Below are positions 45,931-58,330 of a stretch of 64,000 bases of DNA, one piece after another (position 1 is the first letter of the stretch; each line of letters opens with the position of its first letter). The DNA lies in contig NC_087437.1 of the NCBI RefSeq assembly GCF_036321535.1, forward strand, positions 99,946,001-100,010,000. The letters are read 5' to 3'. A program made the position numbers and the translations under genes. Below the pieces are notes generated by a model. It was given only the letters and a program-made list of their open reading frames with translations, had not been told where the DNA came from and searched no databases. This DNA is from Camelus dromedarius. Taxonomy: Eukaryota.

Positions 45931-48900
45931 CATGTATGCACTATGAAATGTCCTTGCAAGGGACACTGTGATGGTCTCTTGCAAGCTTCACATTCAAGAA
46001 GTTCAGTTAAAGACTAAATGCCCCGAGACATTTGCTCTCATGATGAGCCAAAATCTGAAAGAGTTTGATGTTAAAATCAAAATCACTTTTAAGTTACAAA
46101 AGCATATAAACACTTCTTTATCTCAAAACTTTTTATCTTTTTACCTAAAATGAAATAGCAAACAAAGTTAAATTTCACTTGCTTTCTCTCTCTATATATA
46201 TATAAAAATAAGTAAATTTGGTAAATAAAACTTCTGGGTAGAAAGTTTTTGTTTGTTTGTTTCTTTAAATATGGAGGGTTTTTTTTTTTTCCATTAAGTA
46301 GTAAATTCTAGTGAGTTCCAGATGTCATATTTTAAAAGGTACTGTTCTCAGACTTATTTCTACTAACCAAAGAAATCTCCCCTTTTTAGGTGAATTTATT
46401 GTATTTCTACTACCTTTTATCCTGGAGTCAACCATGTTTTGTTTTTTTGTTTTTGTTTTTGTTTTTTTTTTACTTAAATGATGGTTCTTCTTGATTTCTT
46501 ATTAAAGGGCTTGACAAAAATATATAAAAATGACACCTGAGAAAAGAACATGTCTACTCCTGGGAGTCATCGAATTTCAAATTTAAACTTCGGAAAATAT
46601 CTAAAAAAAAAAAAAGCCAAAGCAAATACAGAGAAAGCACAAAGAGAAATATTCTCCATCCCCTCCCCTCCCCCTCCGCCCCTTCTCCCCCTTCATCTTT
46701 AGCTGGGGAGGAGGAGATTATCTGGTTTTGTTTTGTTTTGTTTTACATTTGGTCAGCTGGCACACTGCACAGTAACTTGAGATTTCTTTTCCTTTCTCAT
46801 TTCGGTTGCTTTCAGATGTGTCCTAAATTAGCTTTTCTTTAAGTTGCAGGGAGCTGGCCTCCATTCCCCAAGTGAAACAAGAGTTCCCCTCGGGTGAGAG
46901 TGCCAGCTACATATATTATCCATCCTGTTCCCAGCAGGAACATTCCAGTGCCTGCTTAGAAAAATTAGTCACATGAGTTTTTAGACTGGGGAGGCAGTGG
47001 CTAGCCTCAGTTATCTTTACTTTGTGAGAAAATTAAAATGTTTCTTTCTTTTCATGTCTCTCAGGCACCCTTTTAGATTTCTGTAGATGCTTTACCTTTT
47101 CTTCCTGACAGTCAAGGATGAGCCCATCTTTGGGATGCTCCAAAAATTGGGGGCACATCTAGCCTGTTGACACTTCTTAGTTGGCCCAATTCCAATTTGG
47201 CTAATTACATTCTGCTCCTCAAAAAAATAAAAAAGATTGCATTTTCATTTGGAGATGAAAAAGGCTGTTTTTCAACAACTTCTGAGCTAAAAGCTCACCC
47301 TTCAAAAGCCCAGAATGTGAGAGAATCCGAAAGACAGCCATTCCCAAAGGATAAAGTGGCCATCCTTGTACCCACTCCAAAATCAGTATAAAAAAAAAAA
47401 AAAAATCTATGATTATCTGGCTGCAGGAGTTTGCCCTTTGCTTTAAAAGACATACTTCTTTACCAATGGATAGTGATGACATATTTGAGGATCCACACCA
47501 AACACCATCCAAAAGAGGCAGGAATTCCCTGGAAACAGACTGTCTGTTTCTTTTTTGAAAATGAAAAGCATTGTAAACTAATCCAAAAAGTCAAAGTCTG
47601 TAGTTTCTAACCTCTTCTTTGATGCTACATGTTGTAAGCTCCAAATGTATCTAGCGTACTTAAGGTATTCACTGAAATACACACATCTTACCATGATGTT
47701 TCTTTTTTGCTAAAGTGTTTACAGCAAGGGTTCTTGACTTATTTCAACTGCATGAAACAATGTGACATTTCTCCTTATTATTTTAGCTTTATTTCAGAAG
47801 TTTCTAAAATACTTGTCTCTACAAGATTTCCTTGATGTTAAGGCACAGGAAATTGCTTTAGGCTCTGCTGACTCAACATTTACAGAGTTTCTTCTGATGA
47901 AATATTTGTTTGCTTTGAAACCAAATGATGTAATGCAACTAAGACAATGTAGAATTATACTAATTACGGTCTAAGTTGACAGATTTAGATGGAATCATAC
48001 TTTATGTGCTCTTGTAGTATATATAGTCATTATCTATCAAGTATTCACACGTAGATTGGAAATTTTCACACCAACTGTCAAAACTCCAAATCAACCATCT
48101 TAAAAAAAAAAAAGTAAACGTCAGAAGGTTTACGTGTTTAGTTTGGATAGCACCACCAAGAAGTGATCCGTGAAAAAATTTCATTTTGCCAGTCTTTGTG
48201 ACTAGAGTTCCCATGATTAAGCATTTCTGGAGGGTACATCTTAACTTTAAAATTCATAGGCTAAAAATAGGTTCATGGGACGTTTGTCATTAGTGTCACA
48301 CTTTTACATTTTCTATTACATGTTTTGTAAAATTGTATTCATATCTGTCTCATAAATAGCCCTAAGAGAAAGAGAATAATCATTATAGAAGCAGATTTTA
48401 CCCCTAGATATCGGTGATGATAAGGTTTTAGAGAATGTAGTTTTAGGTATTGAGGAAGAGGGGAGACGCTGGGAAAATTTCCAATTTTCACTTAACATTA
48501 AACTTTCTTATACAAAACAAAAACGACAAGTTGCAAAAAAACTTATAAGCTCAATGAAAGGGCAGAAAAGTAGTAGAAGAAGAAAGAAAGATGGTCAATT
48601 TATTTTAAAAAAATCACTAATTATACATGAATCATACAAACTGTTCCTAGAAAATGGCAGCCTAATAAGGAAAGGGTTGGGGGGATATTTTTAAGTTGTT
48701 TTGCTTCTGTACCAACATATGTTCTTGACCTTTGGAAGTTCCAGATTTATACCTTAGGGAAAAAAGGAACCAAGTTAGGTGTGTTCACAGAAAGGCATTC
48801 ACATGCCTTTGAATAAATGATGAGCTTATTTTTATTTAAGGATGAAAATTTAGATATATTTATCTGAAAATATTAGTATATTTGGAAAATATACCTAAAA

Positions 48901-51731
48901 TTTAAAAAAAAAAAAACTTGAAGAATGTGGACAGAGTAAAAGCCAGTTCTTAAAATACTGGACTTAGATGTCACTCTGATATCTGAGGGGAGTAGGGTTA
49001 ATAAAAGAAAGAGAATTAATAGAAGGAAGACACATTTTTCTAAGTGTGTAGTAAATTTGTGATATTCTTGACTCCAAGAAGTAGAAAATATTCTATGCTC
49101 TGGATAGGTGTGAATTATTACATTAAAGATACCATAGAGGTTAGTAAAACAGTTTTGTGAAATTAAATCGCAGTCCTAAGCCTTTTATATCTAGATTATG
49201 TAAAGATCAGTTACCATGCTCAGCTAAGATACCCAAGTATTTTTATTCTCAAAGTAAAATCACTTAAAAAATAATCATTTAAAATCATTTAAAAAATAAT
49301 CATTTAAAAAATTTGACCTAGGATAGCTAGGTCAAATCTTATATACATATAGTATGTGATTATAGTGCCTTTATCTATAGGACAAAGTTCCAATGATAAT
49401 GGAAGAAATGAAAAATAATAGGTGTTCGAATACAGAGTAATTGAGCATACAGAAGTAACAGAAATGCCAGAATGCTGGAGACGCCACTGAATTTTTTATT
49501 ACTCTCTTCTACCACTAGTCCTTAGGTCACTTTCTGAACCTGGAAGAATCCCAGATACTTCACAGATATATATATTTTTTAAATCTTGGTTACTATCCAA
49601 ATTGTAAATTGTCACAGCTCTCATAGTAGCCCTACTCTACATCTTTAAGTCTCTAAGAATACATAAAATGATAACCAGATTTCTATTCCTAATGTAAAGT
49701 GCAACCTTCCTTCCCCTGAGGGGACCTCTGAGAGTCTATGTAAATTGGTCCTCAACATTTTCTGTTACTTTCTCTCTGAATCTCACTGAATAGAACAAAA
49801 TGAATGTCTAGTTAAGACTAAATCTATATAGGATCCTTAGTGATTTTATTAATTATTTTGACCAAAAGATAGATTTTTTTCCCTTCCTCACACTGGAAAA
49901 TTTGACACAAAGAACTGATTTCCACTTCAACGTGTAGTAACTGCGGAAGAAGCTGCAGGTTATTTTCTGGTTTCCTCAGCTGCATGTGACTCTTAAAAAG
50001 GATGGCATTCTGACAGCAGCAACAACTCACAGGGAACAAAAGAGAAGTTTGTAATGCCGGTGACCTCTGCTGCTAGGTGAGTGCAGAAATTTTAGAAATA
50101 AAGTGACAAAATGCTTTAGCAATGTTATGGTCATCCTATGCTTAATTTCACTAAGGTGTTCAACTTTAACAATTTCATTTAGATGATTTAACACAATAAC
50201 AAATAAAATTGAAACAGCACCATTTGGGAAATACTAAACTCTGTTTCATGAGTGATGTACGTATTCTAAAATCTAACTGTACAGCCAATGATATACTTGC
50301 ATGACTATTGGCTTGAGTATTTGGGCTTTGATTTTAACTTTTGTAATAGCTGAGGCAAAAATTTACCATAGAAAATTTTTAAAAGGGAGATGGTCTTCAT
50401 AAATGAGCAGAAATGTGGGTATCTGGATACTTCCTGAAAGCAAAACACAGACAAGTGTCCAAACGCAAGCTCTGTCATTTATATGTAGCAGAATTTGAAT
50501 ATAACAATGCTGCTTATTAGCCTTTTGTTAATGAAAGATGTGGGTATAACTACTCTAGTTAGGGCTCTACCACTCAACCAGTTTGGCATATAGCATCCCA
50601 GGCCAATTATGAAGAATCTGTGATGGAGCAATGATAGAGCAACCCTTGATGTTCACATGGGTTGGTGTGATCCAATTGTCTCTGGCTTATAAAACTCAAG
50701 AGAGATTGTAATGAGAAGAGGATAGAAAGTCATGGGGAACCCATACATATACAAGGATAATGAATTGGCAGACCACAAAACTGATATTTTAGGCAAAGTG
50801 ACATCTTGGAAGAATGTATAGAAAGGAGAGTAAAAGGCATAGTCAAATGACAAACTCAAGCAGGAAAAAATTATTAAGCATGAAAACATGAATTAAAAAA
50901 TGTAAATAAGGGGGAGGTGCTGGTACTGAGCTTCTCAAGAACAGAGGTAGCCAAAACCTAAGTCAGAGCAGTCAGAAGTACACTGGAAAAAGGTAAGAAA
51001 GCTTAATGAAACTATGATATAAATTAGTCACTAATCATTCTCTTTATGTGGAATTGGTGACATCTTCTGCTCCCCTATCTTCCACCGAATAATTCTTTGA
51101 AGGAGAAAAGAGAAAGGGAAAACTAACATTTCCTGATGTAATACTGTGAGCCTGACAAAGCTTCATATGCTGTCATGTGCAATCCTCATGATGATGAAGG
51201 GTGAGGATGCTTTGGAGGGTCTAGTAAGATGGGAGATACACTATATGGAAATTCTCAAGAATGGCCGGCTCCCCATTAGAAGCAAGAAGTGACCTGCATG
51301 CTTCTAATATGATGGAACAAAATGTCTACTTTATTCCTGGAGTAGAACTAAGGAGAAGAGGGGTGCAATCTGATGAACCCTACCTTTAGAAGTAAAAGCT
51401 GAGAACAGAAGTCTAATACAGACTTCAAGGTAGCAGGAAAGAAAAGAAGTTGGGATTTCCAGAAGAGGAACAAGAACTACTAAAAAAATAATATTTCTGT
51501 ATCTTTCTAATGTTCCCATGGTCATTTTATTTGTGGTTTCTCATCTACTTTTATAAAATGATTGGCTTTATAACAAAACAAAACAAAAAAAATGTCCTTA
51601 TCCTTTCGGCCATAAAGTAGATTGATCATTGGAGAACCTGTGTCTAATGCAGTTGTGGTTGGGTAATGACAATCCCAAAGGCAACCCAATGACACCACCA
51701 ATACATACTTCAGATTTTGTTTGCTACAGTA

Positions 51732-51853
51732 AGAAAGAAAGGGAAGAAGTAAGGGAATAATGGAGGGAGGGAGAGCTGGGGGAAGAAAGGAGGGAAGGAG
51801 GAAGAGGGGATGGAGGAAGGGAAGGAAGGAAAGAAAAGAGGGAAGGAAGGAAA
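51732..51853. repeat. GA/GGAA-rich low-complexity tract
   Basis: Directly visible. Confidence 0.9.
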
Positions 51854-51964
51854 TTAGCTCCAGGTCCAGAAGCATAAAGAATGAACCAGGGTTTGAGACT
51901 TTGCCCAAGGTCTGAACAGAATGGATCTGTGAACTTCTTGGTAACCCATGAAGCAGATATCACA

Positions 51965-52090
51965 CCATATATCTTTTGAGGAAATTTAGGCTGACAAATC
52001 CTGTGATGTGCCCAAGCTCACACAACTAGCAAATGGTGGAGATGGAATTTAAGCACATCTGTGATCCACTCCCAAGCCCATAATCATGCT
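51965..52090 (-). mobile_element. MIR fragment
   Basis: gaggaaatttaggct...gtgatgtgcccaagctcacacaactagcaaatggtggagatggaattt. Confidence 0.7.
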
Positions 52091-52494
52091 TCTTCATCAC
52101 AATGACTGACAGATGAGAATTTTAAACCCAAAATAAGAAAACGGAGCCATAAATAAATAGAGAACAATAGGAAGATATAGCAAAAATGATACTTAACAGA
52201 CATTAGTACAATCACTGTAATTGAAAAAGAAAAGAAAAATATTACAGAATTTAATAAAATATTGTAACATAAATATGTATTAGTCTAATGAAGTCCAATT
52301 TGTAAAAGAATGAAAGCTTGGTGTAACATCTTTAGTTCACTTAAGAAAGAATTATAAGCATGAAATAAATAAGCAAAAACTTTTGAGTAACAGGTTAAGA
52401 AGTTCTACGTTTTACTGTCACTTAGTGGGATCTGTGTTATAGTCCATTTTTATTATAGCTGAGCTTTACTGGACATGTTCACTGTAGTTTGGGG

Positions 52495-52625
52495 AATACA
52501 AAAGAACCCTGGGCTGGGGTTCTGATGCTTTGCTTGTTATAAGATCTATAATAAATCACTTCAAGGAATGTCTGGACCTAAGTTTTCTAACTTACAAAAA
52601 TGAGGCACTTGGCCTAGATGAGTAG
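52495..52625 (+). mobile_element. MIR3-like fragment
   Basis: aaatcacttcaa...tctggacctaagttttctaacttacaaaaatgagg...ggcctagatga. Confidence 0.6.
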
Positions 52626-52839
52626 CTATCGTATTTTGTTTTGTTACAGAACTCCTTTTTCCAAATAAATTCTTCAGTCGTTTTCAAATAAGTAATGCTG
52701 ATAAAATTGCAGCATGACGAATACCAAAAAAAGAAAGATTTTTTTTCCCCTTGAACTCTTAGATTTATGCCTTAGAGGAGGCCAAGCCTTAAAACATGTG
52801 GAAAAATGATACTAAAATAAAATGTACTTCGGCATTTCA

Positions 52840-53055
52840 CATATTGTATTCCAAAAGTTCTAGTTCTTGGAAGTAGTGTTTAAAAAAAAATTCTCTGGCT
52901 AATAATAATGTTGAATGATGAACAGTTCATCTGCCTTTTGGAGAGTTACAATATGTGTATCATGTTGAGGAACCAGTGAAATTCTTCAGGAAATAAACTT
53001 GTTTAACTTTGTTTACCCACATGTAACACAAGTGATCTCAGGGACACTTTTTTTT
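52840..53055. mobile_element. Old hAT-Charlie MITE fragment (MER103-like)
   Basis: ttggagagttacaat...gaaattcttcaggaaataaacttgtttaactttgtttaccc. Confidence 0.45.
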
Positions 53056-53634
53056 TCTGTCACCTCAACTGAATGTTCCAAAAAACATGCTTTCTAATAT
53101 GAATTACAAGCTCGTGAACTAACTCCAAGGACCCTAGAGTAAACACCTTGGCCCACTTACAGACTCTGAAATGGCACCTACTATATAATAGCAAGTCAAT
53201 GGACATTATATCCATGAATTTAAATTTGAATTCTGTAAGCACACAGCAGTTATGATTCCATAACTGAGTGGCAGATCATAGTTAAGGCATCTTTTAACAG
53301 AAAGGGAAGTTGTTGATAATTTAAAGGGTATTCAAAGCTCTTCCAAGAAAACAAATCTGCGATAATGAGATAAAATACACATCCAAAACAGAGGAAATAC
53401 CTTGAAAATACCTCTGTCTTCCCTTTTCCCCTTGACTTCAAGCTAAGACTTTGTGCTACTGATCCATCTTCTCTCTATTTCTCATCATTCCCCTTAGCCA
53501 AGGTGAGAAGAGAAAAATCTGAAGAAAGAGGAAATGCTAGAATCACAGTATCCGCCCCACCTCTACCCTGCTCCTCTCCTAGACCTGGTCCTGCCCGTTG
53601 ACACTCGTATTCTGGCTTCCGTAACAAGAGCTTC

Positions 53635-53727
53635 AATGCGGGAGGCTGGGTATAGCTCAGTGGTAGAGCCTGTGTTTAGTTAGCATGCATGAGGCCCTGG
53701 GTTCAATCCCCAGTACCTCCATTTAAA

Positions 53728-53803
<76 letters not shown>

Positions 53804-53837
53804 ACACACACACACACCCCTACACCTTAAAGAAAAA
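53635..53837 (+). mobile_element. tRNA-Ala-derived SINE (camelid Vic-1 type) with (CA)n tail and TSD
   Basis: gggtatagctcagtggtagagc (A box)...ttagcatgcatgaggccctgggttcaatccccagtacctcca (B box); TSD aagagcttc at 53626-53634 and 53838-53846. Confidence 0.9.
53728..53817. repeat. Long, nearly pure (CA)n microsatellite
   Basis: ~90 bp, interrupted by one T and one G. Confidence 0.98.
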
Positions 53838-55335
53838 AAGAGCTTCTCTTCCTCCCAGAACTGGGGCTTTTGTTGAAGCTCCAGTGTGGCCCAGGTATGG
53901 TTTTTCCACGGAAAATGTGGATTAATATTCTTTAAGCCCTTTTCTGTACAGAGATTATCTTCCACCATCCATGTGCACCTCTGAAATCAGTAAGTGAAAG
54001 GAGAAGGGTGACATAAAAAAGACTGCTGTTGCCTCATTTCTAAAAATGTCCAGTAAATAAGGATAGGGAGAGAACTGCGGTTACTTTTAGAAATGGAGAA
54101 TAAAGAAAAAAACTAACTCTAGTTTTTTTTTTTTATTGAACTATGTTGAACAAAAACTTTGTTAAGCCATAGATGGTGCCGTGAAGCAGACAAACCAAAA
54201 AAAAAAAAAAAGAGAGAGAGAGAGAGGAAAATATAAAGAGTGGGGGAGCAATTTAAGGACAGGATCCAGTACCAAAGAGTGAGTTTTATCTCCAACACTT
54301 CAGCTGTTTAAATCCCTAAACTGGCCCTGGTGGTACCCGCCACCACTGGTATAGGAGGATGCAGCACCATCCACTTGCTAAGAGATGTGAGTGCTGGGGA
54401 GACTTCTGTCACTCCATTACACTGTTGCCAATGCAAACTGAACATGTGTGGTTTTTCAGAGAAGCATTTCAGCATGCAGTGTTAAGTCTCACAGCATTCT
54501 GGACACAGCACTCCACTTCAGTGTACGGTGTGATTCGTGGGCTGGCCTCGGGGCTGGAACTCCAGCTGTAATGTAATATGATTCCCACCCTTTCGGATCA
54601 CAACCTGTTCATCAAATGGAGACTGCACTTCTTTTCAGGAAAGAAAAGTACTGAGGTTTCTCCAGAACAGTTCAAATACAGGAAATGTTCCAGAGGATAG
54701 CAATCAAAAATGATGAATGAGTTAGACTGCTTTATTCATGTGGAAATATAAATGAAGCATAGATTACCCGGGAGAAATTTGCTGAGGAAAAAAAGGAATT
54801 TGGGAAAACCGTGTGATGGTCTACAGAATGTGGAAGGCACAAACCTCAAGGCTAGAGAAGTAACTCAGTATGACTCAAGGGTTAGGAGTACTAATAACAG
54901 AATGTTCACAGAGTAAAACAGAAGCTGCCTCCCCTATTGAGAAAGTAGCAGAGAAACTGCACTGATTTGAATGTGGTCTAGGAATCCAGACCTGCTGAAG
55001 ACTTAGGAATAGACTCTAAAAGTATGTAATAATCATGTTAAAAAGAGATAAAACCACCTAACCAGGGAACCAATAACAGTTCCTCTGCATTTTCTAGATA
55101 TGTTCTTTGACATACAGGGTCATATTCTTTCATAAATATTGGACTCAATCAATTTGTTACCAACTCATCCCACCACTGGAAAGGCTGCTGAAAACATTAG
55201 TGGTTGGTGGACAAGCTGCGTGTGCTTTTCTCTGGGCATCTAAAAAATCAACAGATGTATGATAAGCAATTAAAAATCACATAGTTTATTTCCAGTGATA
55301 AATAAATAGCAATCTCACATATCCTTAACAGTTTC

Positions 55336-55556
55336 CAATGCTGTCCAGTAGAAAAACAACGTGAGCACATGTGTAGTAAGTTTAAATTTCCAAGTAGCTA
55401 CATGTTTATAAAATAAAAAGAACAGATAAAATACGTTTAATAATACATTTTATTTAAACCAATGTATCCAAAATATTATAATTTAATTTTGTGATGCTGG
55501 CCACATTTTAATACTCAGTAAGTATATGTGGCCAGAATACCTATTATACTGCAGAG
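55336..55556. mobile_element. MER33/MER3-like hAT-Charlie MITE, internally deleted
   Basis: caatgctgtccagtagaaa...aaatttccaagtagctacat...ttttatttaaaccaatgtatccaaaatattat...ggccacattt...atgtggc. Confidence 0.8.
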
Positions 55557-55831
55557 AAGCCAAGAGAAAAGTAGAGGCATAATGCAAAGAAGAAAAATTT
55601 GTGCATGGGTCCAGGAAGGAACATTCATTTTGATTCAAGGTAATGAACATAACGACTGTATTGCGCACTCGACAGGTAACTTAACTGCAAAAGGGAAGGA
55701 GGGCCAAAGGCACTATGTGTATGGTAAAGTTAGAATACCATCAAAATAAAAATGAACTCCTTGATGTGATTTTAAGATCAGTAAATTTTATAATAAAATG
55801 ATTTCCTTTATATTCCCTCTAAGTGATCAAT

Positions 55832-56620
55832 TAGTATTGGATTATAACCCAAAAGATAAAATAAATATCCATGAGTCCACCTAATATAAATGATTAAATA
55901 AATTAACAAAAAAAGAGACAAATCTCCTATGCAGAGGAATTCCACATAAATTAAGGAGATACTCCAACCTAATGGAGGGGAACTTAATGCCTCATCCTTA
56001 AAAGTGGGCTGCATATAGTGACTTCCCACCAAAGAGTACAATATGGAAATAGAGGAGAAAGAGTAACAGAGGAGAAACCTGACAAAGATTACTTCTGCCT
56101 GGTAATTAAGCTCAATATCAATGGTCATAATTCATGCAGATGGTATGTGCCCTTCAACCTTGATATGATATGATAAAAATGAGACACTTTACTTCTGTGA
56201 ACTTCCTCCCCAAAATCCATAACCCTGGTACAATCATGAGAAAAACATCCAATCCCAGTAGAGGGTCACCCTACAATATATCCAGCGAGTACTGCCCAAA
56301 ACGTCAAGGTCATCAAACACAAGGAAAGTCTGAGAAACTTTCAAAGCCAAGAAGAGATTAAGGAGACAGAAAAGAGAGAGAGGACAATAAGTAAAAGCTG
56401 AGGAAATCTGAATGAATCATAGGCTTTCATTAATAATAATATATCAGTGTTGGTTCATTAATTGTAATAAATAGGTGATGCTAACGTGAGTTATTAACAG
56501 TAGGGGAAACAGTGTGTGGAGTTAAGAGGTGGAGGAGGATGTACAGGAATGCTCCATACTACCTGCTCAATCTTTCTGTAAACCTAAAACTTATCTAAAA
56601 TAATCTATTAATTGAGAAAT
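55832..56620 (+). mobile_element. Old L1 (L1MC/MD-type) 3'UTR
   Basis: tggattataacccaaaagataaaataaatatccatgagtcca...gtgggctgcatatagtgacttc...ttttctgtaaacctaaaact. Confidence 0.88.
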
Positions 56621-56879
56621 TAATATTCTTACTAACATATTGACATAAACTTTAATATAGGTAAGATTTATTTTTGGAACCAACATAACTAATAACAAGA
56701 CCAAGGACTTTAGTGACGCCCCCTGAATTGGATTGCCAAGAAAATCCATTCCGAGGGCATTTGGCATCCTTACTCATTTCTTATGAAAACTACAATACTA
56801 CAATTCTCTATGGAAGCAATTCTCATCAGAATATAAACTGCTCAAGTCTCCATAGTGTTGCAAACTAGTCCAGCAACTA

Positions 56880-58330
56880 CCCTAAACCTTCCTTCCCACT
56901 CACAGCTGATCTTGGAAGATTTCTCTACATTCACTGTCACTACCTCCTTATTTTCCAGTCATTCTTTAATCCACAGTAATCTGGCTTCTGCTCCAATTAC
57001 TCTTTCAACGTCAATCATGGTCTGCCTAAATCAGTGGGCACTCACCCATTATCTCATTTTATTTTTTGGAAGTACCTGACACACTATCCATTCCTTCCCT
57101 TTTAAAGCACTTTCTTCCTTTACATTCATCACATTTCACTTTTCTGGTTTTCTTCCCACCTCTCTTTAATCTTCTTGGGGATGTGTGTGTGTTTGATTCC
57201 TATTCTGTCCTTAAATGTTATTGTCTTTCCAGTTCAATTAAGCTAATTCTTTTCACTCTACCTTACTCTCTGTGTGATTATCTTAATTTCCATGGCTTTA
57301 GTAACTGCTATAGGTTGGTGTATACCAAACATCAATCTCCTGACCAGGGCTCTCTCCTGAGCTTGGGAAAACATTATCCTACTTACACTGGTATTTCCAC
57401 TTTGCAGCTCTACTCACATATCAAAGTTAAGAAATCCCAGAGTAATCTGTCATCTCCTTTTCCCCAAACTCCTTATCTTTCTATATTCTCTCTCTCAGTA
57501 TAATTGTATCACCATTATCTACTCAAGACAGTATTGTAGTCATTATAATCAACTTTATCCTCACTTCCAATATTAAATCATTCCTTAATTTTTCTCAACA
57601 TATCTCTTAAAAACTTTTCAAATCCATCAACTTCTACCCATCCCTAGATCCACCATCCTAGTTCAAGCCACCATCATCTCTTACCTCAATTCCTTCAATA
57701 GCCTCACCCTGGTCTCCATGTCTCCAGCCTTTTCCCCTTCAGTCCATTTTCCACTCTAGCTCATCATTACCTACTTCAAGACACTTTATAATGATTGCCC
57801 TTTACTCTTAGTTTGAGGCCCAAATGATTTAATTTTGCTAAACTGTTCTTTATAATCAGGACTTTGCTTAACACTCCCATTTACTTTTCTATTTCTTTCC
57901 CTCCTCCCCTGCTTCCACCTCACACTATGCTAAACTGCTTTCAGTTGCTCAGATATCTCTGCTGCTCACTCTGTCTACATCATCATGCTGCTTCACTCTC
58001 ATTTTCAATAACTCTAACTTCAGGGTTAGGCCTAAATATTTCTTTGGTCAAGAATCCTTCTCTGAATCCTCAGATCCCTGATAGTTGCCTCTACTGTATT
58101 TTGCCACAGGGCATTTTACTTCTGCTCTTAAAACCTTTAACACACACATAATATTTCAAATTTCCTGATTACTTATCCATACTGCTAATTAAACTCCAAG
58201 CTCTCTGAAACTAACAAGAATGTTTCCATTATTTGTTACTCTCTCTCCAAGAAGGTCTAGGACAATGGCACAGAAAATGTTTGCTAGATGGGTTGATTGA
58301 TTAACTGATGGGAACATGGGTGGATGGTTG
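56880..58330 (+). mobile_element. L2 (RT region to 3' end), degraded
   Basis: cacagtaatctggcttctg, tttccatggcttt, ccaccatcctagttcaagccaccatcatctctt, aatgtttgctagatg. Confidence 0.8.

Noticed and set aside
48791..48810. Hairpin aaaggcat-tcac-atgccttt
   Set aside because: An 8-bp stem is expected by chance in 64 kb.
51522..51963. Pro/Leu/Ser-rich ORFs
   Set aside because: Translation of the GA-rich low-complexity tract.
53645..53722. Apparent tRNA-Ala(AGC) gene
   Set aside because: Anticodon arm is disrupted by an insertion, and it has a simple-repeat/A tail and TSD: a SINE.
53689..53968. HT-repeat and CV-repeat ORFs
   Set aside because: Translation of the (CA)n microsatellite.
54320..54350. 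CTCF-like motif (ccaccagggcc on the minus strand)
   Set aside because: Only a partial match to the core; not supportable without a PWM score.
57066..57503. Longest ORF (145 aa)
   Set aside because: Lies within decayed L2 and has Leu/Ser/Phe-biased composition; chance ORF.
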